Positions 11,207 through 23,201 of a DNA stretch of 64,000 nucleotides are shown piece after piece. Below the pieces are notes generated by a model, which saw nothing but the letters and a program-made list of their open reading frames with translations, had not been told where the DNA came from and did no database searches. Numbering within the stretch: position 1 is the stretch's first letter; each line of letters begins with the position of its first letter. The position numbers were made by a program, and so were the translations under genes. Source of the stretch: Chloropicon primus (lineage: Eukaryota); contig CP060767.1 in assembly GCA_023205875.1 (NCBI GenBank), positions 310,001 through 374,000 of the forward strand, read 5' to 3'.

Positions 11207-12208
11207 TTAGCAGGCCTTCTGGAGGATCACAGCGTTCGCCAGCCCAGCCTCCTCGATCGTTTTGCTCTCGTCGGTAAGCACAGTCGTGGGAAACGAGGTC
11301 ACCAGCTGGTAGCTCGCGCTCGGCGTTCCAAAGGAAGGCCTTGCCCTGTTGATGAAAGCCCTAATGTCGCTAATGGTGTGAATGCCCGGGTTGAACCTCG
11401 CCACCATCCTCGTCCCATCCATCAACCTCAACTGTATCGATGTCACCGGCTGCGTCTCGTCCACCTCGAACGCAGTCCCCTCCGCCGAAGAACCACCACC
11501 ACCGGGCGCCGTCGTCGGCTCCACAGCAGGCGTACAAGATGAATCACTCAGCTTGTTCCCCTGTCCAGCAAATGCCACATACTTTGGCTTGGCAGGTGGC
11601 ACGTAGTCCTCCTCCATTCTCGACACCAAGTTCACATGCACAGGCTGCATCGGTGGCCTCGCCAAACCACCAGCGTTCTCCTTCCTTAGGGTATCAAACT
11701 CTCTCGGCACTTCACCCCTCCCGATGCTGTCGATGAAGTCCTTGTTAGAAGGATCTTGCACATCCCTCGGCTCTCCATCATCCACGGTGAAGATCCCATT
11801 ACGGTAGAACGTGATTGTATGCATGTCAGGCACCCCATCCCCTCCACCATCACCATCACCATCAGCAGCAGCAGCAGCAGCAGCAGAACTCGATCCTCCT
11901 CCTCCGCTCAAAGTATACGAGGATCCCGTAAATGCGTGAGAGGAGGAGGAGGGATGGGGACCACTGCCATGACGGAGGTCATCGGGATGACCAGAACGTG
12001 CACCGAGCCTTCTCGCAGATTGAAAGAGATCGTCCACGACAGCACGGTTCGTGGCGTTGCTCTTGTTGTTGTTGTTGTTGTTGTTGGATTGGTCGCCGCC
12101 TTGGACGACCATGCCGCTCTTCTCGCCGCCAGCGTAGTAGTCGTTCGTGTCATCCCTCTCCTCGTCGCTGTCCTCGCGGTTCAGGTCGCCTAAAGAACGG
12201 AACGGCAT
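11207..12208 (-). CDS. NSFL1C: p47/Shp1/PUX-type CDC48 cofactor (SEP and UBX domains)
   Basis: YYAGGEKSG, AFTGSSYTL and FAGQGNKL (SHP boxes), SEP domain ITFYRNG.FTVDDG..GEVPRE, UBX domain TSIQLRLMDG..FN..FP..AGLANAVI. Confidence 0.92.
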   Translation of the reverse strand: MPFRSLGDLNREDSDEERDDTNDYYAGGEKSGMVVQGGDQSNNNNNNNKSNATNRAVVDDLFQSARRLGARSGHPDDLRHGSGPHPSSSSHAFTGSSYTLSGGGGSSSAAAAAAADGDGDGGGDGVPDMHTITFYRNGIFTVDDGEPRDVQDPSNKDFIDSIGRGEVPREFDTLRKENAGGLARPPMQPVHVNLVSRMEEDYVPPAKPKYVAFAGQGNKLSDSSCTPAVEPTTAPGGGGSSAEGTAFEVDETQPVTSIQLRLMDGTRMVARFNPGIHTISDIRAFINRARPSFGTPSASYQLVTSFPTTVLTDESKTIEEAGLANAVILQKAC

Positions 12209-12230
12209 GATGACCGAAGGAATGGACGCG

Positions 12231-12266
<36 letters not shown>

Positions 12267-12582
12267 GATCGAAAATGAAATGACCTGGTGATGATGGTGA
12301 TGATGGTAATGGTGATGATGGTGATGGTGATGGATGATGGTGATGGTGAGGAGTGGGTGGTAGGAGGTTCTGATCTTCTTGCTCTTGCTCTTTGTCTTTT
12401 TCTCTTTCCAGCAAGCCATCACTTGCTGGCAGTTTCAGGCCAGATGATGATGGTGATGGTGATTGCGTTTATCTTGCTGCTTAAAAAAATAGTTTACAGG
12501 TGGTAGAGTGCACGCCTTACGCTCCCGCCTTGTGCCGTGCTGCCACACGCCCACCATCCCCTGAGGCACCGAGGGATAATTA

Positions 12583-14071
12583 TTAGTCCTGAAGGAAAAG
12601 GATGATGCTCAGACCGATGACACAAAGCACCGCGATGATCTTTTGAATGAAATCGATGGTCGAGTCGCCCGCGTCAGCGGACACGCCCAAAGATTCCCTC
12701 ACCCCACCGAGGCTGAACGCGTACGAGGCGTAACCGAGGGACAACATGAACAGCAGGAGCTTGGAGGTGAAGGAAGACTGGTTCGAGGAGGAGAGGGCAC
12801 CGGACTTGTTGGCGCCCTTGACCATCTTCACACACTTGTCCTGGACGTCCTTGCACGCTTGGAGGGTGTCTTTCGCGTTAGGGTCGACAGCAGGCTCGAC
12901 GGCCGCGGCGATGTCCCCGGCGTAATTGTAAAACGCGGACACGAGGTCCTCGTAGGAGTTCAGCTCGGTCACAATCTTTGCGGTCTTCCCCCTTCTGATC
13001 TTCACGACTCCTTCGAAGACCTTCCCGTTGTTGTAGCACGTGGCAAGAGTGGCTTTTGTTGTTGTTCGAAAAGAGAAAGGTCGGAAGAAGAAAGTCAGTC
13101 AGCTCAATCAACCAATGCTGAGCTCAAGATCGCGGAAACCGATCGACGGCGGTCACCTATGACTCACCTATGGCCATGACTTGGGGAATGGCGCAAAACC
13201 TGAAGACCCACTTGTGCTCGAGCTCGTTCATGTAGTCCAAGCTCTTCGTCGCGTGCCCCAGGGCGTTCGTAATCATGTGGTTGAGGCACATGACAGCCTC
13301 CTCCCTGTTTTCGGGGTCTTTGAACTCGTCCAGCTCCTCCGCGTACAACCCCCAAATTTCCTTGGGCCAAAACATTCTCGGGGCCGGGAGCTCCTCGATG
13401 TCCTCCAAGTAATCTCTGATGATGTTCGTCTTCTGCAGGAAGAGGCCCATGTCGTTCGACAGGGCGTCCATCTTCGTGGCGAATTTCGCCGACTCCAACT
13501 TGCACGCGGCGAAAAGCTTCGACAATCCGATCCCCACCAAGCCGGCGACGTAGTGGCAGTAAAGGTTGTAGTCTTCCACCGTCTCCACCTCTTTCGGAAT
13601 GAATTCTTTCATCCCTAGCCCCATCCTCTTCGTGATGTCGTAAATCACGTCCTGGTGCACTTTGCCCAGCGACAGAAAGGCCTCCGTCACGTTGTTGAAC
13701 TCCATCATGAGACGCTTGTAGTTGCCCTCGCCGCAGTCCTTGACGATGAAATCTCTCTTGTAAATGTCGTCGCAAAAAGTCTCAAGCATGCGCAGCTTCT
13801 TCTTCGTGTTCAGCGCCATGTCGTCCTCCACCGTGTCGAGCCCCCTCAACACCAAGTAAAACACGCAAACCGCGTTCCTCAGCTCTTCCGGAAGCTGCTG
13901 GATCACAATCGCAAAGGACCTCGACACGCGGTTGAGCATGTCGTAACAGAACGCCCAAGTCGGGGACGACGGCAGTCGCTTGGCCTTCTTCGCGGCAAGA
14001 TACATCCGCCCAAGAGGCACGATCTCCTCCGGATGGAGGAAGAGCTCCATGACTTTACTCGCTTTGCCCAT
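12583..14071 (-). CDS. SQS: Squalene synthase; exons 14071-13168 and 13052-12583
   Basis: VSRSFA, LRGLDTVEDD, YCHYVAGLVG, GLFLQKTNIIRDYLED, FCAIPQVMAI/ATL and VVKIRRG motifs, plus a C-terminal TM anchor. GTGAG..AAG intron is in frame. Confidence 0.95.
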
Positions 14072-14707
14072 GGCAACAAACCAACCTCACAGCAAAGCAA
14101 GGGAGAGTGAAACTCGCAATCGACTCGGTCAACAAGTTCTTGCTCCAGACAGAGCTAAGGATGCAGGATCCCGTGGAGTGACAATCCCCGAGGCAATCGA
14201 CAGACCTCACGCGAACCGAAGACACACGCGTCTCTCTCCTCGTCCTAAAACCCCCTAGGGAGGAGATCCACGAAAACACAAGAGATCTTTCGTCATTAGT
14301 CTCTCGCAAACTCACCAGAGCGCCATCTCTTTCGTGCGGGTGCTTTTCAGAAAGCTCTGAAGTCAAGAATTCCATTTACTCGCTCCTCTGCTCCGCCACT
14401 CCACGCTCTCACCCCTCAATCCATCGGTGAACGTGCCGGTCTTGGCATCACCGAGGACAAGATCTTTCGTTTTCGGTCTCTCCCATCCTCATAATTCGGT
14501 CATCTCTCGAGTGGAGCGGCTCATTGGAAAGAGAAGAGCGAGACGGTTCCATCGGTCTGATCCACTCCGTCTTCTTCTTTCTCAATCGTCACGAAAAGAT
14601 CGATGAACGTACCTTTTGTCCCTTTCGTTGGCTCGCCTTGAAACACAACAGAATAATCTCTGCCAATCGTGCGGCGCGGAAGCCTTTGAACTGTGGAGCG
14701 AAGGAGA

Positions 14708-15001
14708 GAGGCTTGTGGTGGAGGACAGAGGAAAGAAAGGGGGTCGTTTCTGGCATCAAAAGAAGCATCTCTCTCTCCTCTTTCCAACGAGCCGTCGATA
14801 GTGAGGAATGGTGAAGATTTGAGGAATTGACAACGGGAAACACGAAACGGATTGCTGATTTGGGTTGGACGGGGCGATGCTGGGAGGCTTGCGGTGGAGG
14901 ACAGAGGGAGGGGAGGGGGTTTTGTCTGGCATCAAGAGAAGCGTCTCTCTCTCCTCTTTTCAATGAGCACGCACTCGAGGGGAATGGCGAAGGCTTGAGG
15001 A
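14708..15001 (+). repeat. Direct repeat of ~118 bp (14708-14825 and 14884-15001) in the SQS/PIG-L divergent intergenic region
   Basis: Both copies read GAGGCTTGYGGTGGAGGACAGAGG...TCTGGCATCAARAGAAGCRTCTCTCTCTCCTCTTTYCAAYGAGC...GGAATGGYGAAG..TTGAGGA, with a period of 176 bp. Confidence 0.85.
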
Positions 15002-15170
15002 TCTCAAGACAGGTATCGCGCGAGAACGACTTGGGATTGCTGATGATAACGAGGCATTCCTAGAAGCAGAGTTGCCTCGTCCTCGTTTTCGCAGGTGGTT
15101 TTCGGACTGATTGTAACGGCCTCTCGGGCGTTGCAATCCTCCTTCTTGGCCATCCACCTGGCTAGAGAGA

Positions 15171-16037
15171 ATGGCGAGGTCCTTGTTCGTAGGAAAGGGA
15201 AGGGAAGGAGCACCAGTGGTGGTGACTCTCGTGGTTGCCCATCCCGATGACGAGTGCATGTTCTTCTCTCCAGCGATGGAGAGCATCCGTCGTTACTGCT
15301 CGAAGAACGGCGAGAGTCTGAGGATGACGTTGGTATGTTTGTCGACAGGGGATGCCTTTGGTCTAGGCCGAGTGCGGGCCAAGGAACTAGTGGGCTCCTG
15401 CAGAACCTACGAGGTAAGGAAGGAGCTGGCTCTCTGCTCTGGGTGGTGTGCAAGCGTGCAAGTGGCGCGCGTGTGTGCACCTCCCCCCTCTCTCTTTCTC
15501 TCTTTCGTGAAGCTTTGCTAACGACTGGGCAACGCGCAGATTCGTGAGAAGGACGTCGAAGTCGTGGACGACCAGAGGCTTCGGGATGGCATGGACGAGG
15601 TCTGGGACCCGAGAATTGTTGCCGAGTATGTCGAGAATCACGTGCGCGATCGAGGGACCACGCACATTGTCGGTTTCGATGAGAAGGGCATTAGCAGACA
15701 CCCCAACCACTGCGCTTGCGCCCGAGCCTTGGAACTTTTGATGCTCAAGAAGAAAGCAGCCGAAGGACTGGGCCGCGTTGGATCGATTTGGGTTCAGGAG
15801 ACTTACAGCGGCCTCTCCCAGTACCTTGGACCTCTCACGGTTGTTTGGAGGTGCCTGAGGACATTCTTGGGAGCCTCGAGTTGCGGGAGGGAGAGAGTCG
15901 TTTGCACCGCGGTCACCTCCTTTCTTTTCGCTTTCCGAGCAATGAGAGCGCACAGGAGCCAGCTAGTGTGGTACCGGTACTTGCACCTTGTGTTCTCCAG
16001 GTACGTGTACATCAATGTTCTCAGAGCCTTAGCCTGA
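15171..16037 (+). CDS. PIGL: N-acetylglucosaminyl-phosphatidylinositol de-N-acetylase (PIG-L); exons 15171-15413 and 15540-16037
   Basis: AHPDDECMFFSP, CLSTG, FDEKGISRHPNH and AMRAHRSQLVWYR..FSRY motifs. GTAAG..CAG intron is in frame. The true start could lie further upstream. Confidence 0.9.
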
Positions 16038-16163
16038 AAGCGCGAGGGGCGCGAAAGAGTAGTCGGGATCAATGAGTCGATCGATTGTTGGGTCACAGTC
16101 ACACCACCACGTCGTCGTGTATTATATGTATAGACAAAGTCAAGTTTTTTGCAGCACACCCAA

Positions 16164-16766
16164 TCACGAGGAGCGATGACGGCGGTGCTTTCTTCTCCTC
16201 CGACGCTCCCCCTTCCTGCCCGATTCAGTGCCGAGGGTGGAGGCACGCACCCCGTCGTGCGTATCTCCTTCGGACTCGGCCCCGCGGGCCCTCTTCTCCT
16301 CCTCCCTCTGTTTCTTCTTCCCAGCCTTCAGTGTTTTCAAAGGGTCGTCCCAGCACGCCTGGGCTGGGCGTGCAGACCGGCAGGGCTTGCGATCCCCCGA
16401 AGCCTTCGCGTACCACGGAGCGTCCCTCCTTCTCCCGCCGAGCCTGAAGTTCTCATCCAAATGTGTCTGCGCAGGCTCCGGCTTGTCTCTTCTTCTGTGT
16501 CCCCCCCTCTCGGCGGCAGCCTCCTCCTTCTCGAACAAATTCACGTGACGATTGGCGCCCCGATCCTCCCCCCCCCCCTCCCCCCTCCTCCTCGCTCTCA
16601 ACCTCTCAAACCTGTACTCGCTGTCACCCTCTTGCCTCTTCCGCTTCTTCTCCTCCTCGGCCCTTCCCGCTGCCTCTTCATCCCGCTTCACCCTGGCTCT
16701 GTTCTCCCGATTGTAAACGTTCCAGGACTTGTGTGGTAAGATGTTCAGCCCGCCATGGCCACCCAT
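16164..16766 (-). CDS. LENG1: Cir_N-domain protein, LENG1-like
   Basis: N-terminal LNILPHKSWNVYNRENRARVKRDEE, plus HVNLFE, PWY and DPL motifs and a basic tail. Confidence 0.75.
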   Translation of the reverse strand: MGGHGGLNILPHKSWNVYNRENRARVKRDEEAAGRAEEEKKRKRQEGDSEYRFERLRARRRGEGGGEDRGANRHVNLFEKEEAAAERGGHRRRDKPEPAQTHLDENFRLGGRRRDAPWYAKASGDRKPCRSARPAQACWDDPLKTLKAGKKKQREEEKRARGAESEGDTHDGVRASTLGTESGRKGERRRRRKHRRHRSS

Positions 16767-17360
16767 CGCCCTCTGCCTTCCCCCTCAGTGCCTTGGTTGC
16801 TCCCCACCCCAGCCTCCTCCGTCGACGCCTACCGTCTCTGCAAAGCAATCCAATGGGCAGATGGAGGTGATCCCGGTGTCTACGGAAAGCCTACGTGACG
16901 ATCGTTCGCATGACACGCCCTCTTCTTGCCTCCTTTGTCGTCCAATGCCTTCATCCTCCCTCCAAGCCTCTGCCCTGGACCCTAATCACCAAAGCCAAGC
17001 ACCACAGAAAAGCAGCTTCCATCAGTCCACGCTGCTCAAATCTTCGTCAATCCTTTCAAGCGACCGCTCTTTCGAAAGAGGAAGACACGAAGGTTCCATC
17101 TCTTCGGTCCTCCTCCTCCCTCTCGACCGTCCCCTCGCGTCCTTTCCTCCTCCGCTAAACCATCCCATCCACTCACCTTCTCCTCCGTGGTGCTCGGACA
17201 AAGTGCTGCAAGGGAGAGTCGCTCAACGAGAGAGAGAGAGAGAGGAGGGAGAATCGTAACGCCTGAAAGCGTAACGCCCGTCGAACTCCTCGCCTAAATC
17301 ACCCTCCCCTTCCATACTTTCATCCTCCGCTCGCTTTGGCAAAGGAATCGAACAAGGGGG

Positions 17361-19131
17361 ATGAAGTTGAAGTTGATGAGGATGAGGTTGAGGATGAGGA
17401 TGAGGATGAGGATGGCATCCACTTGTCCAGGGATGACGATGGTGATGGTGGCGACGAGGGGGAGGAGAAGCGGAGTGGATCTCGTGCCGAGGTCAAGGCC
17501 TCATCCATCGGTTGCCGTGATGCCTGGGACGGGAAGTTGTCGTGGGTCTGCGAAGGTGTGGTCCTCTGGTACAGCAGGTAGGAGGTCTGGCAGAGGGAGG
17601 AGGAGAGGAGAGGGAAGGGAAGGAGGAACTGGATCGAGTTCATCGTCGGCATCGCAGGCATCGAGTGGGGAGAAGAATGTGCCGAAGCGTTGGGTGGATC
17701 TGGTGAGGCGTCCGGAGAACGAGAGGTTTGATGAGGCGTACGTCTCGCTGGAGGCTGGCAAGGGTGGGAGGGGTGAGGTGTGGAAGCGAAGGGGAGGAGG
17801 GGACCAGAACAGGGGTCGGATGGTGAAGAACTTCAAGTACAAGCCGGGTGGTCAGCAGGCCAAGAACATCTTTCTTCAGGCAGAAGGGCCGGCGAATGGT
17901 GGAAAGGGTGGGAGCGTCTACGTCGAAGCGGACGAGAGATACGACAGTCTGCTCCACTTGCACAAGCGGTACCACTACAAGGCCAAGGACGGGTCCAATG
18001 CGAATCCTGTGACTGCTGGCAGAGGGTCCGTGAAGAGGGCAGGGGGGAACGTGCAGAAGGGTGCAAGCCCGCTCGTTTTGAAGGTTCCTATCGGCACCAC
18101 AGTGATCTCCAAGAGGGGAGGCAGGAGGGGCGGGGGAGGGATGTCGGTGGAGCTCCTGCAGTCTGGAGAGAGGGTTCTCGTGGCGAGTGGCGGGGAGGGA
18201 GGTCTTGGGGCCGAGGAGCCCCAGTCCGGTGGCAGGAAATCCAAGGGAAACTTGGCTGTTGGGATGTCCGTGACGGCGAACAAGCTGGATTGGCAGAAAG
18301 TCTCCAATGGAAAGCTCGGGGAGATGGCTCAAGTGCATCTTGTGCTGAGGGTGAAGGCTGACATTGGCCTCGTCGGGCTCCCAAATGCTGGCAAGTCCAC
18401 GCTTCTGAGCGCGGTGACGAGGGCTAAGCCTGACATCGCTGACTACCCCTTCACGACATTGGTTCCGAACCTGGGTGTGATTGGGGGGAGTGCCACCACC
18501 TGGAAGGAGGAGGAGCCCATCGAGGAAGCCGAAGGTGCCTTTGAGGTGGACTACGATTCTTTCGCGGCTGACAAAGACGGATTCGACTACGAGGAGAGCC
18601 CGCTTGAGAGCGCCGTTGTCGCGGACTTGCCCGGTTTGATCGGGGACGCCCACAAGGGAAAAGGCCTTGGCAGGGTCTTCCTGAGACATCTCAAGCGCAC
18701 CAGAGTGATCTGCCACCTGGTTGACATCGCCTCCTCCTCCGATCCTTTCTCGGACTACATTCAGATCAGGTGAGTGAGTCCCCTTCCAACATTGTTCTTG
18801 TGTGCTGACCACGTCGATGTCTTTCTTCTTCTTCTCCTCCTGCACTTGTCCTGCCTCGCCTCGCAGGGAAGAGCTCAGGATGTACAACCCAGAGTACGTT
18901 CTCGATAAACCGCACGTCGTGGTGTTCACAAAGTGCGACTTGCTGGCGGGGGAGAAGGATTACGATCAGGAGAGGCGGGAGTTCCTCCGGAAGACGGAGC
19001 AGTTTTACGAGGAATCAGAAGGCTCGTCCGCTATGCCCACCGGAATCGTCTTCGTTAGCTCCCAGACCGGACAAGGGATGGAAGAGCTCGTGGAAAGAGT
19101 GGCGGAAGCATTTAAGAGCATCGACTTTTGA
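17361..19131 (+). CDS. obg: Obg-family GTPase, organelle-targeted; exons ~17361-18769 and 18867-19131
   Basis: Gly-rich Obg fold (FDEA..AGKGGRG, NGGKGGSVY, LKVPIGT), G1 GLPNAGKS, G2 YPFTTL, G3 DLPGL, G4 TKCD, and EELRMYNPEY after splicing. The start is uncertain because it overlaps a (GATGAG)n repeat. Confidence 0.9.
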
Positions 19132-19791
19132 GAGAAGAAGAACCCATGATTCAATTTTCCTGGCATCCATCGAAAGGCCTCGAGACGTTCTTCCGAGCAA
19201 CACAGTCCTCCTCCTCATCATCATCACCATCACCATCACCATCCTGATGAGTTGCTGCCGATGTTTTCGTGCAATCCCATCATGTGGCATACCAATCGAA
19301 AGGTTTCGATGCGTACTTTCGTGATGTGTCCCTTCCTCCCCCATCCACTCCCCTTCCCGACCTCTGTCACCCTTTCCCTTCATCATCCCCCCATCAAGCG
19401 ATCCCAGCCTCACGTCTCATGCCTTAGCTTTTGCTCCAATCGCCAGAAGAAGCAGCAGCAGCAGCAGAGAGGAGAGAGGAGAGCGCGCGGAGTCGAAGGA
19501 CAAGGACGGCGAGGGGAAGAGGCATCACCTTCATCGCCATTGCCATCGCCATCGTAAGCGTCGTCTTCATCTTCATCTTCATCTTCATCTTCATCTTCGT
19601 CTCTGCATCGTCGGCGAACGCTTGACACAGCAGCAGCAGCAGCAGCAGAGAGAGAGGGGGGGAGAGGAGAGGGAGAGGGATCAGCGAGGAGGGCAAGAGC
19701 AAGAAGCATCGCCTCGTCATTGTCGTGAAGGTGTCGCTCAACTCGTTTCGTTTCGTTTCGTTTCGTTTCGTTTAGAGAGAGAGAGAGAGAG

Positions 19792-20658
19792 ATGGGCATG
19801 TTGTCCAATGATGTGCTGGACGTTGCTGAGGACCTGGCGGAGAGAGTGGCTCGAGAGGCAGGTGTTGTGATCCGGGAAGCGTTCGGGAAGAAGAAGAAGG
19901 CGACGGTTACGAAGACGTCTGACGCGGATTTGGTAACGGAAACGGACCAGGAGTGCGAGAGGATCATCGTGAGGAAGATCAAAGAGACGTTTCCGAGGCA
20001 CAAGTACATAGGGGAGGAGGAGGTGAGCGCGACGGGGGTTATGCCTGCGCTGACGGATGAGCCGACCTGGATGATCGATCCGGTGGATGGGACGACGAAC
20101 TTCGTTCACAGCTTTCCTTTCGTCTGCGTCAGCATTGGCCTCTGCATCGGGAAGAGGCCGGTGCTGGGCGTCGTGTACAACCCGATACTGGACGAGCTCT
20201 TCAAGGCGCGGGAGGGTCGGGGGGCCACGCTCAACGGGGTTCACATCGCTGTGTCCGGGACGTCAGAGCTGAAGAAGGCTGTCTTCGCCACGGAGATCGG
20301 CACGAAGAGGGACCAGGGCACGATCGATTCCACGTACGGCAGGGTGTCGGCCTTGACGCAGGCGTCGAGGGCCGTGAGAATGTGCGGCAGCTGTGCCTGC
20401 AACATGACGAGCGTGGCGTGCGGTCGGCTCGACGGGTTCTACGAGTTCGGCTTCGGAGGTCCCTGGGACGTAGCGGCTGCGGCTTGCATCGTCAGGGAGG
20501 CGGGGGGCCAGGTCTTGGACCCCACGGGGATCGCGTTCGACGTGATGTCCAGACGAGTTCTGTCCGCGAGCAACAGAGGGTTGGGCGGCGAGATGGCGCG
20601 GATACTGAACGAGGTATCGCCGAGCCCCTCGGACCCCCCGGTGCCGCTTCAGAACTGA
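19792..20658 (+). CDS. Inositol monophosphatase / L-galactose-1-phosphate phosphatase (VTC4-like)
   Basis: DLVTETD, GEE, WMIDPVDGTTNFVH and GGPWDVAAA motifs. Confidence 0.92.
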   Translation: MGMLSNDVLDVAEDLAERVAREAGVVIREAFGKKKKATVTKTSDADLVTETDQECERIIVRKIKETFPRHKYIGEEEVSATGVMPALTDEPTWMIDPVDGTTNFVHSFPFVCVSIGLCIGKRPVLGVVYNPILDELFKAREGRGATLNGVHIAVSGTSELKKAVFATEIGTKRDQGTIDSTYGRVSALTQASRAVRMCGSCACNMTSVACGRLDGFYEFGFGGPWDVAAAACIVREAGGQVLDPTGIAFDVMSRRVLSASNRGLGGEMARILNEVSPSPSDPPVPLQN

Positions 20659-20989
20659 TTCAGGACGAGCGGCGAGAGAAATAAACAAAGAGCGAAGAAG
20701 GTTGTTGCTCGTAATCAATTTGATTGGATAGTTTGGATGGATGCGCCGTCATCATCCTCGCCCCCTCCTGATCACAGAACACCACCACTCTTCACAAGTG
20801 AGGGTGAGGGCTCCTTGGAAAGAGTAAGAGACGATCTACGCAACCATTCATCCCCCTTTCGCCCTTACCTTTCTCCCCACCCACCATCGCACTCCTCATC
20901 ATCAGCAGCCAAGGACCTCCTCCCTCCTCCCAAGGGAGGGAGATCCAAGATCCGCCTGAAGAACCAGAACCTTATCCGATTAGAGCGAG

Positions 20990-21934
20990 ATGGCGATCCG
21001 ATTCGGTGTGAGGAGCGTCAGGGCTTGGACGACAACAACGAGGTGCGGAGGTAAGGCACCCTCCGGGATGACAAACAACCCTAAACATCCATCCATCCAT
21101 CCACCCGTCCTTCCCTTCCCTTCTTCTTCTTCTTCTCCAAGACGACCGACTGTCGGGCATCATCAGCTCATGGTGGAGGTGGGGATGAACTGACTGAGGA
21201 TTCGGTTTCGGTTTCGGTTTCGTGCATTCTTTCGTTTTCCTTGGCATTCGTTAGGATTGGCCAGGCTTCGTGCTCCGAGACGGTCCTCCTTGCGATGGCC
21301 GTCCTCGTTGTCTCCAAGGAGGCCTGGGTTTTTTGGCGGGAACTGGAGTCCTCTGAGGTGCAAGAGTCAGGAGTCTGAGACGGAGAGAGTGGAGTTGGAT
21401 GAGGACCAGATCCTGTTGAATCGTTTGGACATTCGTGTGGGGAAGATACTGAGCGTGAAGGAGCACGAGGAAGCTGATTCTCTTTTCATTGAGTCTATTG
21501 ACGTCGGCGACGAGGAGGGGCCTCGGACGATCGTTTCCGGCTTGAAGCCTTACATGCCTGCCAGCGACCTGGAGGGGAAGCTGTGCGTGGTTCTCGCCAA
21601 TTTGAAGCCTCGGAACATGAGAGGTGTCAAGTCCCACGGCATGCTGCTGTGCGCGTCCGACAAGGAGGTGGAGGGAGAGGAGAGGGTGGAGCTCTTGAGC
21701 CCAAGGATCGGCACGCCCGTGGGGGAGCGCCTCCGATTTGGGAGCTTCGTCCCGAGCGAGGAACTTCCTGCGCCAGACGGGCCAAACAAGATCCAGAAGA
21801 AAAAAATTTGGGAGAAAGTTCAGGCGGACTTGAAGACCGACGGCGAGGGTGCAGCGAAGTGGAAAGGATTGGCCCTTTTGAGCTCCGCCGGCGAGGTGAC
21901 TTGCGCCTCTCTGAAGAACAGCAGCATCTCCTAA
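20990..21934 (+). CDS. Stand-alone tRNA-binding OB-fold (EMAP II/Arc1p/MetRS-C-like) protein with transit-like N-terminus; exons 20990-21050 and 21255-21934
   Basis: LDIRVGKI, RTIVSGL, NLKPRNMRGVKSHGMLLCAS and KKKIWEKVQ motifs. G|GTAAG..TTAG| intron joins ATG 20990 in frame. Confidence 0.85.
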
Positions 21935-22030
21935 AGAGCAGAACTTGTGAGTAAGAAAGAATGTTTCGAAACAATGTTAAATAGGTGACGGGGTTCGAGC
22001 TGACTTGCGTTGAGTCGTCGCCAATCGACG

Positions 22031-23000
22031 TCATCGCTGGAGCTTCCTCACGAATTTTCCGTCTCTCGTGTCCACGACGATCGTATCCCCTTTCTCGACG
22101 TGGTCCGGCACCTTGACGATCATGCCTCCCTTGACGTGGCAGTCCTTCTCCCTCGCGGTAGCGCTCTGCTTGCTGGCGCCCATGAAGGACCGGTCGACCT
22201 CCAACTCCAGAGTCGCCGGCAGCTTGCACGAGAGGGCCTCCTCCCCGAAATACATGACGGTCACCTCCGGAGGCTCCTCCATGAATGTGCACTCGTTCAC
22301 GAGCTTCTTTTGCACCTGGCCGTCGAACAGATCCATCGGAACCTCCACCTGGTCATAGGTAGCCTCATTCATCACTTGCAAGTTTTCTCCGTCCAGGTAA
22401 AGCACCCGAAACCGCTTCTCGTCCAAGCGAATCACCTCGAGCGTGTGCCCCGGCTTCATCCGAAGTGTGCTCTTGTTCCCCCGGCCGCCCCCCTTGGAGA
22501 GCTCCCTCAGTTCCATCTGCACATTCCCTGTCTGCCTCGCCATGCCCCTCGTGTGCTCGAACTTCACCACCTCGTACAGCTTCCCGTCCTTCTCAATCTT
22601 GTTCCCTTGCCTGTCGGTCCATCGCCATCGAGAGAGAAGAAGAGAACCAAAAAAAGAGGTCACCAGAGCAAGAAGCAGTGTCAAATGGTGCACAGAGCGT
22701 CGAAAGCACATAAATCCTGCGCAGCCGCCCCGTCTTCGTAACCGCTCGACCTTACCTAATGTCCACACAGTCCTTCTTGTACCATCTCATCTGTCCAAGC
22801 GGAGGACCACTCCAACTCCAACACGACGCGGAGATGGCCACGCGACGGTTCGACGAAGCCGCAGCGCCGACGGAAACGAAGCACCGCGGGATCATCGATC
22901 CCGTCGCTTTCGTAGCCATCGCCACGCCGCCACGCGCATCCGTCCAAAGACTCGACAACACTCCGAGCCTCCGGCCAAGTGCACCAGCAAGTGTCCTCAT
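22031..23000 (-). CDS. efp: Organellar (probably mitochondrial) elongation factor P; exons 23000-22756 and 22610-22031
   Basis: After splicing: DIRQGNKIEKDGKLYEVVK..VQMELREL, LYLDGE..VMNEATYDQV, LPATLELEV and VKVPDHVEKGDTIVVDTRDGKFVR, preceded by an Arg-rich presequence. Confidence 0.85.
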
Positions 23001-23168
23001 GTTCACCTTCTCCGTTCGATCTCGATACCAAGAAAGACGCCGTTGGCTCCGGTGCTGTAGCTCGAGAGAGCTAGTGAGACGCACGTTCTGCCTGATTCTC
23101 CTTCCCTTCGCCCCTCCCTCGTCCTCGTCGCTAAAATCCTCGCTACTTGCTCCCCTTCCCTTGCCAGG

Positions 23169-23201
<33 letters not shown>

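Noticed and set aside
14424..14454. Small hairpin TCGGTGA..GTGCC/GGCAT..CACCGA upstream of squalene synthase
   Set aside because: A single short stem in GC-rich DNA with no second copy or family features.
17361..17414. MRMRMR N-terminus of Obg and similar poly-H, poly-T or ERER ORF segments
   Set aside because: They are translations of microsatellites, not meaningful protein motifs.
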